DNA of 43,551 bases, filler included, from Catajapyx aquilonaris (lineage: Eukaryota): NCBI GenBank assembly GCA_000934665.2. It is 2 parts of 2 records of this genome, joined end to end, with 100 filler letters (N's around TTAATTAATTAA, not from the genome) between each part and the next. Parts side by side here need not be neighbours in the genome. Positions count along the whole stretch, not along the records: positions 21,925 to 43,551 come from JYFJ02006009.1; 1 more part is not named here. One strand, written 5' to 3'. Position numbers and translations under genes: made by a program. The notes beneath the pieces are model-generated. The model was not told the origin of the DNA. It did not search any database and saw nothing but the letters and a program-made list of their open reading frames with translations. Positions 23,725 through 36,762 of this stretch are shown here, in pieces. Positions within the stretch are counted from its first letter, which is position 1, and each line of letters opens with the position of its first letter.

Positions 23725-23920
23725 AACAACGTGAGAGGGTGTTTTTTTATTTAAAGGGTTGCTTCAGATGCTACCGCCCCACGAACAATATGATTTGTTG
23801 CGTTAACAGATGTTGCAGTGGCAGAGAGTAATATGTTTATTCCGATTCTTGGAATAAATATTGTCCATTACATTCAATATGGCACCCTGTTCATGGAAAT
23901 GATCAACGCATCGGCTTGTT
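23725..23920 (-). pseudogene. GR3-like internally deleted gustatory receptor fragment
   Basis: TSRCVDHFHEQGAILNVMDNIY piece joined directly to the terminal codons and a 3' flank matching 27187-27320. Confidence 0.8.
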
Positions 23921-24416
23921 GCCCTAACCCAGTGGTTCCAAAACTGTCCCATAGTTCCGCAAAGGGCTCCGCGGAAGCTTTGAGCATAACATGACAATAT
24001 ATTTTGAAGAAAAAAATAATCACTTGTCCACCTGGATTAGGCCTAGGTTTAGAGTTCAGAAGAAGCCAAAGCAACTATGGCAGCGGTTCTTAACCTGCGG
24101 TGTACGCAACCCCAGGGGGTGTAAGGTGGCTTCCCTGGGGGGTGCGAGCAAGGTGCAACTCTGGACTTAATCTAATCAAGAGCTAATAACTGGTCTAACT
24201 ATGAACAGAATCAATCACCCATTGTATAGGGGGTGCGACAAGGTGCAACTGTTCAGTTGATAAATTATTATTTTGATGTAAGTTATGATAGGTGGACCTC
24301 TCCATAACTGTCCAAACCACACTCTTTCAATGGCCACCTGGGAAATATTCCCGGTGGATGTTTTTTCTTGTTTCTATGGTGACTACCACAATAGCTTACA
24401 CTATAGGCACACAATA

Positions 24417-24978
24417 CAGGGTGTCTATTGTAACTCTGCAAAGACTTTCAGGGGTGATAGAGGGGACCAAGACAAGTATTTTTGACATAGGAACCCGTGT
24501 CCGGAAACGTCATCTAGAGGGGGTTCATAGACAAGGAACGGGTGCGCTCAGACGCGTCAGGCGAGAGGCGCTAAGAGAGCGGACTGTTTTGTTGATAGAT
24601 GGCGCCCAGTTGTTGCCAGGTTATGGCGTATCGCGTCGTTGTACGCAAACAACAACGCGATACGCCATAACCTGGCAACAACAGAACCGCGGTTGACTAT
24701 CCGCGCGTCTCCTAGGAGGCATACTTTAGTTGCTAGATGGCTCTGCTGTTGTCAGGTTATGACACATTGCATCGTTGGTTACTATCCGAGCGCCATCTAT
24801 CAACAAAACAGGCCGCTCCCCTAGCGCCTCCCGCGTGACGCGTCTGAGCGCACCCGTTCCTCGTCTATGAACCCCCTCTAGATGGCGTTTCCGGACACGG
24901 GTTCCTATGTCAAAAATACTTGTCTTGGTCCCCTCTATTATCCCTGCTAGTCTTTGCAGAGTTACAATAGACACCCTG
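24417..24978. mobile_element. Tc1/mariner-type foldback MITE
   Basis: TA-CAGGGTGTCTATTG ... CAATAGACACCCTG-TA; arms of about 190 bp; empty paralogous sites near 29210 and 34078. Confidence 0.92.
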
Positions 24979-25155
24979 TACAATACAAACGAGCTGATTG
25001 CATCAACATAAAGCATTACACAGATTCAGATTGATTGACTGATCAAAAAATGACATCCTGTAATAAAATTCACGTAATTGCTATGGATTAATAGAGTCGG
25101 CTAATATTCAATCAACACAAGTTCCCTCAGATTCTATAGCGGCCTTATTGTTCCT

Positions 25156-26673
25156 CTATGAGTCTATGACATGTTGCAATGGCTGAGTCCTCATTCCGAT
25201 TTTTTTGAATTGTGCCATTACGATCAGGTATGTGGTCACAGCCCCTGCCACCTGCAGAATAAACACAACATGTTACATTGAAACACTCAGGGCAAAAATC
25301 GTATTTACTCATGTGAAGCCCAACTCACAGAGGTCAGTAGACTTCGATTGACTGTGAAATAGTTGGCAGCAGTTATCTCCATGGGAGGACCACTCATCAT
25401 CCTGATCAGTGACTTCATCTGAAGAAACACAATTCTCCTGATAATGAGTTTCGCGTAATGGTTGTGGCAAGTGATGATAATGTCTAATTCACTTACGTCT
25501 GCTTTGATGCGGGGGTTGACAACCTGACGATAAGCGTTGATGATGTCGGGCAAGGAAGATGTGCTCTAGAAGATAGTGTAATCAGACTAATACCATTGGA
25601 AGCGGAAATGGAAGTGCACAAAGCATTACGATTCATATTTAAATTAAAATCATTTTCGCCATGCATATACTCGTACCGATACATGCAATTACCTGATGTG
25701 AAATGGATCCCAAAATGACAGCAAGAAAAGACATTGAAGTAGTCATCGTGCACATTCCAATGCATGAAAACGCTACCACAACAGCGTTTGCCACCAAAAA
25801 TATGTAGAAGAGATAGCTTGTGATCCAAACCACAGCTATCAAGAAAATGTTCACAAGCAGCGGACCATAAATATCGTTCATGATGTTCACTAAAGCACCC
25901 AGTTCATGATAGTGATCGGCGGAACGGCTGATTGTCCTAACAATTTGATCATTGTACTGATGGTTTGTTGTTTGGGAAACAAGAAATGTGCATATTTTTG
26001 TAATTTCTTTGTTGAAGTGCTGTAAGTGAGACCGGTGAATAAGAGCCAAGAACGTTAGCTGAGCAGAAATAATGAACAGCAAGAATAAGGAGTGCCAGTA
26101 CAAGAATGTCACAAACAACATGTACGGGTCAAGTAAGTGCCAATCAAGAGAGATAGAGATGATCCATTCAGACAGAACTAATACAGGATTTAAAAAACAA
26201 GCGCCAACTAGCAACATGGAATATAATCGCAGCTTTCTCTTGTCACTTGTTACTTCCTGCTTTGAGAATCGAATAATTAGCTTCCAAATCTGACTGACTT
26301 TGGTTTGAACCAAGATGTAGGTAATCCAAGAGCCAGCCAGTAAAACACCTTGCGTAATGAAAAGAGAGATCATTGCCGTCGGGCTTGCGTATTCTTCAGA
26401 GTCAATAGTCCACTCCGGGAAAGGATGCACACTGACTATGGCGATGTAAACGGCGAGAAAAAGCAGGTGCACCATTGTTGGCCACCGTCTGTACCACCTT
26501 CCTCTCAAGTCTTCCTCTTTTTTTGGCCACGGAAAAGGAGCAACTCCTCCGACCACAGACATGATGGCCACTGGTCTCAACACTTCCCAAAATGCATTGT
26601 CCTTCTTTGCATTGTCTTCTGTCCGTTTCCCCTCCTCCATCTGAATCACTCTATTCGACCTTACCCTGAACAT
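25156..26673 (-). CDS. GR2: gustatory receptor (7tm chemoreceptor); exons 26673-25693, 25565-25497, 25418-25329, 25251-25156
   Basis: Multiple hydrophobic segments; exons of 981/69/90/96 nt, three phase-0 GT-AG introns; C-terminus AANYFTVNRSLLTS-VAGAVTTYLIVMAQF. Confidence 0.9.
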
Positions 26674-27300
26674 GATTTAGTTTCCAATCCAAGTTCCGAC
26701 TACTGAATGATTTTTGTCAATTTGTTGTTCCATCCATACTGTACATCAAAAGCTTTATGTAAGAGTGCAAAATTAATGTCCATGTTAATAAGTTATCATT
26801 ATAAAATAATGAAACTTGTGCCTGTTGCAGTGGAGTACAAGTCGTGTTTCAGACTGGTGGTTTGCAGTACCTGTGGCGTCTAACGCCATACTGCAACTGA
26901 TCATGTATGCTACACAACATTGAAGTAAATCCTCCTACGCAGAGGAGTTTGGACAGCGCATATTTGGTAAAATTAATATCCACAAAGCTGAGATATTGAC
27001 CCACAATGTAATGGGTTTTAATGTACCCTAATGGATCATGAATGTGATAAATGATATCCTGGTGATGGATCTATTGGCGACCCGATTCAGACATACCACT
27101 CACTCTTTGAAACACATGGCAGTAATTTTTCTCATGAAGGTCTTTGTCGGATGTTATTTTTATGGTCTGTCTAGCCCGTTATCATGAACAACGTGACGGG
27201 GTGTTTTTTTATTTAAAGGGTTCCTTCAGATGCTATCGCCAAACGAACAATATTATTTGTTGCGTTAACAGATATTGCAGTGGCAGCTAGAGTCATATGT

Positions 27301-28767
27301 TTATTCCGATCCTTGGAATTGTGCCAAGACAATCACATATGTGGTCACAGCTCCTGCCATCTGCAGAGGGAATGAAAAGCGACAGATTCAGACACTCAAA
27401 TAAGGTACATTAAATGAACTCACAAAGGTCAATAGGCTTCGATTGACTTTGAAATAATTGGCAGCGGTTATCTCCATGGGAAGTCCCATCATCATAATGA
27501 TCAATGACTCCAGCTGAAGAGAAATAATGCTATACAGATAATTCATATTAGTAGACCCAATATGATCATATTGGCTAATGCAGTTACCTCTGCTTTGATT
27601 TTGGTGTTGACAACTTGACGATACGCGCTGATGATGTCGGGTAAGGCCGTTGTGCTCTGGAAGTGTATGGCCCATAATTGCATGTTTAATATTACACAAT
27701 GTTAATTTATTGGAATAATTATTAATGAAGCAGTATTGCACGAGGTAGAAAATAATATCGAAATGCAACAAATATTCTATGCTCTTCGCAATATTCACCT
27801 GTCTTAAAATGGATCCCAAAATGCTGGTGAATGTAACTCCAGAAGTTGCAATGGTGCAAATTCTAAGAAACCGGAACACTGACATAATGGCGGGGGTTCC
27901 GGTTGCCGGAATAAACAAATAGAAAATTGTGCTTGTAGTCCAAACGATGAATACCAGGAATGTGTTGATAAGGAATACGCCATAAATATTGTCCATTACA
28001 TTCAATATGGCACCCAGTTCATGGAAAATATCGGCGCATAGGCTTGTTTCCATAACCATTTCACCATCATGCTGATGGTCCCTTGTATTTGTACGCAGAA
28101 TACGACAAATTTCTTTCATTTTGTCGTTAAAATATTGTAACCGTGACAGATGAACAAGAACTAAGAACATGAGCTGAGTAGGAATGACGAATAATAAGAA
28201 AAAACAGTGCCAATAGAAGATCATTGAAAGCATGAAGTTAGGTTCAAATAATTCCCCTGCAAGTGTGTCACGGATTATTATGTAAGAATTAATTATTAAA
28301 GGCAAAAGAAAACAAGCTGCAACTAGTAGCAGAGAGTATTTCCGCAGCCTTCGTCTGTCCCTTGTCACATCCTGATTAGAGACGCGGAGGATCAGTTTCC
28401 AAATCTGGGTGACTTTGGGTTGAATCAAAACGAAGTTAATCCACGGGCCACCAATCATAACACCATCCAAAATTAGACGAGTACTGTCTACCGTCGTCCT
28501 GTCCTTTCGCATCCACTGTGGAAATGGATAAGCACTAAGTACAGAGACGTAAGTGGCGAGTAACAAGAAGTGAACAATTGTTGGCCACCGCCTGTACCAC
28601 TTGTTCTTCCTTAAGTCTTCTTCTTTCTTGGGCCACGGAAAAGGAGCGATTCCTCCGACCACTGACAAGATGGCCACTGGTTTGAACACTTCCCAAAATG
28701 CATTGTCTTCTTCTGCCTCCTTCCCTTCCTCCATATGAATCACTCTATTCGACCTTATCCTGAACAT
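27301..28767 (-). CDS. GR3: gustatory receptor, 395 aa; exons 28767-27799, 27656-27588, 27513-27424, 27360-27301
   Basis: Intact spliced frame ending MAGAVTTYVIVLAQFQGSE*. Confidence 0.92.
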
Positions 28768-29546
28768 GATTTTTGAGCCAATCTAACTCCCGACTACGGA
28801 ATATCTCACAATTAGCAGTGCCTAGTCCCCACAAGACGCGAACGCTACTGCCACGTATTTCTCCGTAGTTCCTAATATCACGACGTTATTGGCTAGAACT
28901 TGAACATTACAATATTGATCCACAATATAAAATTCTAATGGGCTTTCCTGTACCCTAGAGACACATGAAACTGACAAATGGATGTGTTTATTGGTGGTAT
29001 GGCAACTATGTGTTGTTCCGTATAGAGGGGTGATAGATGAAGTTTATTTATTCTTTTCATGTGTGGTGTATGATGGGTGATGGGTGTGGTCTTCCATGGG
29101 CCTCTCCCTAACTGTCCAGACCACACCCTTTCAATGGCCACCTGGGAAATATTCACGTTGGATGGATTTTGTTTCAATGGTGACGACCACAATAGTCTTA
29201 AACTTCGCACACAATACATACGAAATTGATTGACTGATCAAAAAAAAAGTCCTCCTGCCCTTTCCTGCGCATTTCGTGATACGACTAGTGGTTAACATGT
29301 CTTCCTCTATCAGCTAGCGACATGGAATATATTCGCAGCTTTCTCTCATCACTTGTCATTTCGAGGTCAAACATTCGTGATCAAGAAAGAGATCAACAAC
29401 AGCACACATGTTCAGTTAACACCTGACTCTTCAGACTCACGCCTACAGCACATATTATTTCAATCAACTAATGTTCCTTCATGCGCAGTCGCCTTACTAA
29501 CAAAATTTGGTTAGTGGTGCAATGTTGCTCTGGTCCAATTATCTCT

Positions 29547-31007
29547 TCATTTCGATCCATTGAATTGTGCTAAGATGATTACATATGTGGTCACAGCCCC
29601 TGCCACCTTCAAAAGTAAACGAAACATGACACATTGAGACACCCAGAGCAACAATAAGTCACACTTTTGATGCCCAACTCACAGAGGTCAATAGACTTCG
29701 ATTGATTGTGAAGTAGTTGGCCGCAGTTATCTCCATTGGAGGACCACTCATCCTCCTGATCAGTGACTTCATCTGAAGGGAAACAATGTTCAGAACATGA
29801 GTTTTGCTTAATGATTGTGGCATAGTAATTAGTACACAATATTATAATAATGGCGAGTTCACTTACGTCTGCTTTGATGCGGGTGTTGACAACTTGACGA
29901 TATGCGTTCATGATGTCTGGCAAAGGGTTTGTGCTCTGGAAGGATGATACATTTTGGCGTACAATGATAAGATTGATTAGGTTGCAAATGGATATAGTTT
30001 TGCTTAATGTCTTCATGAGTACTTATGCACATTACCTGCCGTGTAATGGATCCCAAAATGACAGCAATAGCAGACACTAGAAACATCATGGTGCAAATTT
30101 CAATACACGTAAGCACTGTCTGAATTGGAGTCGTCGTCCCCAAAAATAAATAGAAGATGTCGCTTGTAATCCAAACGACTGATATCAAGAAAAGGTTCAC
30201 AAGGAGAACCCCATAAATGTCGGCCATAATGTTCACTAAAGCACCCAGTTCATAATAGAGATCAGCGCAACGGCTCGTTTCCATAACCGTTTGGTGATTA
30301 TATTGGCCCACCATTGTGTTTGCAACCAGAAAGTCGCATATTTTTGTAATTTCATTGTTGAATCGTTGTAAGTGAGACCGGTGAACAAGGGCCAAGAACA
30401 TCAACAGAGAGAAAATAACGAAGAGCAAGAATAAGCTGTGCCATAACAAGAATAAGAAAAACAACGTGTACAGTTGAAATAATTGTCCTTCCGCCGCGAG
30501 AAGGACAATCCAACTAGACATAATTATTGTAGGAATAAAAATGCAAGTGATAACAAGTGAAATAGAATATATTCTCAGCTTTTTCTTGTCATTTGTCACT
30601 TCCAGCTTTGAGAATCGAATAATTAGTTTCCAAATTTGAGTGATTTTTGTTTGAACCAAAATGTAGGCAATCCAAGGGCCAGCCAGTACAACACCTTCCA
30701 TAATGTAAAGAGCAATCATTTCCGTCGGGCTTGGGGTTTTTTCAAAAGTCCAGTCAGGGTAAGAATACACACTGAGTATGGTGATGTAAGTTGAGAGTAA
30801 GAGGAGGTGCACCATTGTTGGCCACCGTCTGTACCATTTTCCTCTCAAGTCTTCATCTTTGTTGGGAAAAGGAGAGATTCCTGCGACCACTGACAAGATG
30901 GCCACTGGTCGCAGCACTTCCCAAAATGCATTGTCTTTCTTTGCATCATCTTCTGGCTTCTTCCCCTCCTCCATCTGAACCACACTATTTGACCTTATCC
31001 TGATCAT
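29547..31007 (-). CDS. GR4: gustatory receptor; exons 31007-30036, 29935-29867, 29772-29683, 29606-29547
   Basis: Intact spliced frame ending VAGAVTTYVIILAQFNGSK*; last acceptor is AAG rather than CAG. Confidence 0.9.
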
Positions 31008-31862
31008 GGTTTTTTGTCCTAACGAACTTCCAACTACTGAATATTAATACTAGTCCCTATTTTGTGCCCGAGATTTTCTTTCTTCAGCTGAACGCATGCA
31101 AGTCCTGGTATAATGAAGCCTGATGCAGAGACCACTACCTAATGTACCATCATGACGTGATTCAGACATAGCATTCACTCCTGGAAACACAATCATGAAA
31201 TTATTAATTTTGCGGATGAAGGTCATTCTTTCTTTTGTCCTCTGATTTATGGCCTGTCTGGCTCACAGAATTTGTATGGTTGATGGATCCCTTTCACGGT
31301 CCCTTACATAACGAGTGAGTTTGAAGTTCCGTAGCAACAATCACTATGGAAATCTTGAACTACGTAGCAAATAATTCGTAGTTTTTCATTGCGTTCATTT
31401 TGTTATCAATTGATTCCAAAATGAACACTTACAATATAGTAACAGTATAATTATTGAGTCGTAACTGCCACTTATTTCTCCTTATTTCATAATATGACAG
31501 CCTCATACAGTAACGAACATTTTACTGCGCACATATGACAAAATTTGAATCTGGCACAATTATTATAACTTTACGATATTAATTTATCCACAATACAAAC
31601 GGTTTTAAAAATGATATCGTGATGATTGATCTATTCGTAGAGAGGCCACTACAAGGTAGTATGAAGTAAATTAATAGGTTCTTTGGAGGTACGGAGGAAG
31701 ATAAATATTGGTTCCTTTTCATTCACAATGGGTGGAGACTTGGACATGACCAGTTTGAAGTCTTACAATACTGACTCTGTTCAATGCCATCGACTGTTCT
31801 TGAGAAGCTTACTCTATTCTTCTTCGGCTCTAATTTATGGTCTGTCCAGCCTACGTATCTGC

Positions 31863-33292
31863 TTATTCTGATCCTCTAAATTGTGCCAAGACGATCAGAT
31901 ATGTGGTCACAGCACCTGCCACCTGCAGAACAAACAAAACATGACAGTAAGACACTCAGGACAACAACTAATAAGAGACCAACTCACAGAGGTCAATAGA
32001 CTTCGATTGACTGTGAAATAGTTGGCAGCAGTTATCTCCATGGGAGGACCACTCATCATCCTGATCAGTGACTTCATCTGAAGGAAAATAATGATTCAGA
32101 AAATGGTATTTGCTTAATTAAGTGTTAAGATGAATTCGCTTACGTCTGCTTTGATACGAGTGTTGACAACCTGACGATAGGCGTTGATGATTTCATGCAA
32201 GGAAGTCGTGCTCTGAAAGTGAAATAACATCAGTGAACAGAACGGTATGATTAATTCACAATGGAAATCCCTATATGAGTAGTATTCAGTAATGCACATT
32301 ACCTGACGTGGAATAGATCCCACAGTGATAGCCAGAGTAGAAACCGAAGACGTCATGGCGCAAATTCCAATGCACGAAAACACAGTTATAACTGGTGTAA
32401 GTGTCGTCAAAAATACGTAGAAGAGCGCGTTTATAAACCAAACGAAAACAGTCAAGAAAATATTCCCAAGGATCAGCCCATAAATATTGTTCATGATATT
32501 CACTAAAGCACTCAGTTCATAAAAGAGTTCAACGCAACGGCTTATTTTCCTAACCTTTTGGTGATTATACTGGTCCTCCGTTGTGTTTGCAAGAATAAAA
32601 AATTTGCAAATTTTTGTAATTTCATTGTTGAAGTGTTGTAAGTGAGACCGGTGAACAAGGGCCAAGAACATTAACTGAGCAGAAATAATGAACAACAAGA
32701 ATAAGGGGTGCCAGTACAATAAGAATATAAACCACGTGTATGGTTCAAATAATAATTGCCATTCAGAAGCAGTGTAGATTATGAAATTAGACAGTACTAA
32801 TACAGGATTTAAAAAGCAAGCGGCAACTAGCAACATGGAATATATTCGCAATGTTTTCTTGTTAGTTGTCACTTCTTGCTTTGAGAACCGGATTATTAGT
32901 TTCCAAATCTGAATGACTTTGGTTTGAACCAAGATGTAGGTAACCCACGGGCCAGCCAGTAAAACACCTTCCATAATGAGAATAGCGGTCATTTCCGCCG
33001 GGCTTGCGTAATTGTCATAGTTAATAGTCCACTCCGGGAGAGGATACACACTGAGCATGACGATGTAAGTGGCGAGCAATGCAAAATGCGCCATTGTTGG
33101 CCACCGTCTGTACCACTTCCCTCTCAAATCCTCCTCTTTCTTGGGCCAAGGAAAAGGAGCGATTCCTCCGACCACTGACAAGACGGCCACTGGTCTCAAC
33201 GCTTCCCAAAATGCATTGTCTTTCTTTGAATTGTCTTCTAGCGTCTTCCCTTCATCCATCTGAATCACTATATTCGACCTTATACCGAACAT
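31863..33292 (-). CDS. GR5: gustatory receptor; exons 33292-32303, 32212-32144, 32077-31988, 31922-31863
   Basis: Intact spliced frame ending VAGAVTTYLIVLAQFRGSE*; start assigned by alignment with paralogues (MFGIRSNIV). Confidence 0.92.
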
Positions 33293-33340
33293 GATTTTTG
33301 GGCCAATATAACTCCCTACTACTGGATATCTCACAATTCG

Positions 33341-33666
33341 GAGGGAGGTGAAGTGGCGCAGCGGTAACGCTCGCGCCCACGGATATTACGGTCCCGGGTT
33401 CGATTCCCACCCGGGGTTCCCACCTTTATCCGTGCAGAGTTGGGCCATCTCTGGCTTCATTTCGGGTGGCAATTTCCGATAGACTAAGCCACCCCGGGGG
33501 AGTTCACAAAATGACCGTTAGAGACATTGCACTTGCACTTTGCACATCCCCTCCTACCTATCCTGGAGTAATTAATTAAGATCTTCTTATATGGCTCAAA
33601 TTTCTGATGGTGGTAATCCACCCCCCTAAAGGATATGGTAAATCCCAATGGGGTAATGCAAAAATA
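33341..33666 (+). mobile_element. Full-length tRNA-derived SINE
   Basis: A box GTGGCGCAGCGG, B box GGTTCGATTCCC, 13-bp TSD ATCTCACAATTCG (33328-33340, 33667-33679); empty site at 28803. Confidence 0.92.
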
Positions 33667-34371
33667 ATCTCACAATTCGCAGTGCCTAGTCCCCACAAGA
33701 CGCGAACGCTACTGCCTCATATTTCTCCGTAGTTCGTAATATCACGACGATATTGATCCACAATATTATATTCTAATGAGTTTTCCTGTACACTAAACTG
33801 TACATGAAACTGACAAATGGATGTGTTGATTGGTGGTATGGCAACTATGAGGCAATGTAATACTTGTGTTGTTCCGTAGATGCGATGAAGTTGATTTATT
33901 CTTTTGGTGTATGGTGCACGATGGGTGATGGGTGTGGTCTGGACAGTAAGGGAGAGGCCCATGGGCCTCTCCCTAACTGTCCAGACCACACTCTTTCAAT
34001 GGCCGTCTGGGAAATACTATTCACGGTGGATGGCTTTTGTTTCCGTGGTGACGACCACAATAGTCTTAAACTTCGCACACAACACATACGAGATTGATTG
34101 ACTAATCAAAAAATGTCCGCCTGCCCGTTTCGTGATAAGACTACTGGGGAAAATGCGACACTGTAGTGGTATCTAAATTAATGCCGATTAATTTGCATTA
34201 ATGCAACTCGTCAGAAGTGCAATGTCAAGATCAACAATCAGTGACCAAAAAATAGAGAAACAACAGCAATGTTCAATCAACACCTGACTTTTTACAGGGA
34301 CGACTATAGCATATAATTTGCAATTAACACCACGTGTTCCTTTATCAGCAATCGCTGCACTAGCAAGATTA

Positions 34372-35931
34372 TTATGTTGGTGCATTAGTCGACGTTACAG
34401 TGTCAGAATAATCTGTTGCTGGTTCCGATCCTTTGAATTGTGCCAGGACTATCAGATACGTGATCACAGCCCCTGCCACCTGCAGAGTGAATGAAAAGTG
34501 ACTGATTGAGACACTCAGGGCAACAATATACACTTATGAAGCCCAACTCACAGAGGTCAATAGACTTCGATTGACTGTGAAATAGTTGGCCGCAGTTATC
34601 TCCATGGCGAGACCAGTCATCATCCTGATCAGTGACTTCATCTGAAGAGAAACAATGCATAAGAGAGAATCAGTCTTCCGTACTGATTAGAGCATGTGAA
34701 CTACTTACTTCTGCTTTAATGCTGGAGTTGACAACATGACGATAAGCTCTGATGATGTCGGGTAAGGACTTTGTGCTCTAGAAGAATAAAACCATTATGG
34801 AGCACAATGGCATAATTAATTCACAATGCGAATTAAACGGTTGAGATGGGAGTGCAAACCAAAGTAAATAATAATAATAGCAATGATAATAAATTATTAA
34901 ATGAAGATCATTTTCTACATGCCTACGTGAGGAATATCTCCACGTTACCTGGCGTGAAATAGATCCCATAATGATTCCAAGCATAGCAACTAAATACGTC
35001 ATGGTGCCAATTCCAATGCACTTAAACACTGTCGCAACAGGATTATAGGCAGTCGACAAAAATAAATAGAAGAGAGAGCTTGTGATCCTAACGACTGATA
35101 TCAAGAAAATGTTCACAAGAAGAACTCCATAAATGTCGTCCATGACGTTCACTAAAGCACCCAGTTCATGGAAAAGGTCTGCGCAACGGCTCGTTTCCCT
35201 AACAGTTTGGTGATTATATTGGTCCTCCTTTGCGTTTGCAATTAGATAATTGCAAATGTTAGTAATTTCCTTGTTGAAGTGCTGCAGGTGATACCGGTGA
35301 ACTAGGGCCAAGAACATTAACTGAGCAGAAATAATGAACAGCAAGAGTAAGCAGTGCCAGAACAAGAATAAGACAAACAACAAGTATGGTTCAAATAATA
35401 ATTGCCAATCAGAAGCAATATAGACCATGGAATCAGATATTACTAATACAGGATTTAAAAAACAAACGCCAACTAGCAACATGGAATATATTCGCAGCTT
35501 TCTCTTGTCACTTGTCACTTCCTGCTTTGAGAATCGAATAATTAGTTTCCAAATCTGACTGAGTTTGGTTTGAACCAAGATGTAGGTAATCCAAGAGCCA
35601 GCCAGTCCAACCCATTGCGTAATGAAAAGAGAGATCAATCCCGTCAGGCTTGCGTATTCTTCAGAGTCAATAGTCCACTCCGGCAAAGGATACAGGCTGA
35701 GTATGGCGATGTAAGCGGCAAGAACAAGCAAGTGAACAATTGTTGGCCACCTTCTGTACCACTTTCCTCTCAAATCTTCCTCTTTCTTGGGCCACGGAAA
35801 AGGAGCGATTCCTCCGACCACTGACAAGATGGCCACTGGTCTCAACACTTCCCATCGTCCTTCTCTGCATTGTCTTCTTGCTGCTTCCCCTCCTTCATCT
35901 GTATCACTCTGTTGAACCTTATCCTGAGCAT
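34372..35931 (-). pseudogene. GR6: frameshifted gustatory receptor, close paralogue of GR2; exons 35931-34949, 34777-34709, 34641-34552, 34479-34372
   Basis: 7-nt deletion near 35853 (AAGGAC-GA-TGGGAA versus AAGGAC-AATGCATTT-TGGGAA in paralogues) shifts the frame after about 25 codons; the ORF-track start at 35950 is TTG, not ATG. Confidence 0.8.
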
Positions 35932-36589
35932 GATTTACTTTCCAATCCAACTTCCGACTACTGAATGATTGTTGTCAATTTATCATTCCATCCATACTGT
36001 ATATCAAAAGCTTTATGTAAGATTGCAAAATGGATGTCCATGTTAAGTCATCACTCATCATTATAAAATAATACACCTTGTGCCTGTCACAGTGGAATAA
36101 AAGACGTGTATCAGACTGGTGGTGTGCAGTACCTCTGGCCTCTAACGCCATACTGCAACTGATACCACGTATGTCTCCGACAGTTGTAACATTGCGGTAT
36201 ATCCTCATGCAGAGAGGAGTTTTGACAGCGCATATTTGGTAGAATTAATATCCACCAAGCTGAGACATTGACTTAGAGATATTGACCCACAATTTAATAG
36301 GGGTTTTAATGTACCCTAATGGATCATGAATGTGATAAATGATATCCTGGTGATGGATCTATTGGGGAGAGGTCATTACTTAACACGACCCGATTCAGAC
36401 ATACTGTACCACTCACTCCTTCAAACACCTGGCAGTAATTTTGCCCATGGTTGCCATGGAGGTCATAAATTGTTTATGCAAGGCGTCTGGAGTGCAGTGT
36501 CTAGGTCAAAAATTGGTGATCAAGAAAGAGATCAACAACAGCCTATACGTTCAGTTAACAGCTGACTCCTCAGACTCACGACTACAGAC

Positions 36590-36762
36590 ACTGAATTGGT
36601 GGAGTCTTTGTCGCCAAAAATAAATAGAAGAAAGCGCTTGTAATCCAAACGACTGATACCAAGAAAATGTTCACAAGAAGGACCCCATAAATTTCGGCCA
36701 TGATGTTCACTAAAGCACCCAGTTCCCATCTGAACAACTCTATTTGACCTTATCCTGAACAA
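36590..36762 (-). pseudogene. GR4-like collapsed gustatory receptor remnant
   Basis: Start codon mutated to TTG; FRIRSNRVVQM fused out of frame to the ELGALVNIMA-type segment; both flanks match those of GR4. Confidence 0.85.

Noticed and set aside
24292..25016. Mirror ORFs YRVSIVTLQRL... on both strands
   Set aside because: These are the two arms of a foldback MITE
27388..28767. 459-aa single-exon ORF for GR3 (and the read-through ends of other GR ORFs)
   Set aside because: The frame runs through introns by chance; splice sites conserved across paralogues define the 4-exon model
33341..33415. Possible tRNA gene
   Set aside because: A and B boxes belong to a TSD-flanked SINE; no convincing acceptor stem
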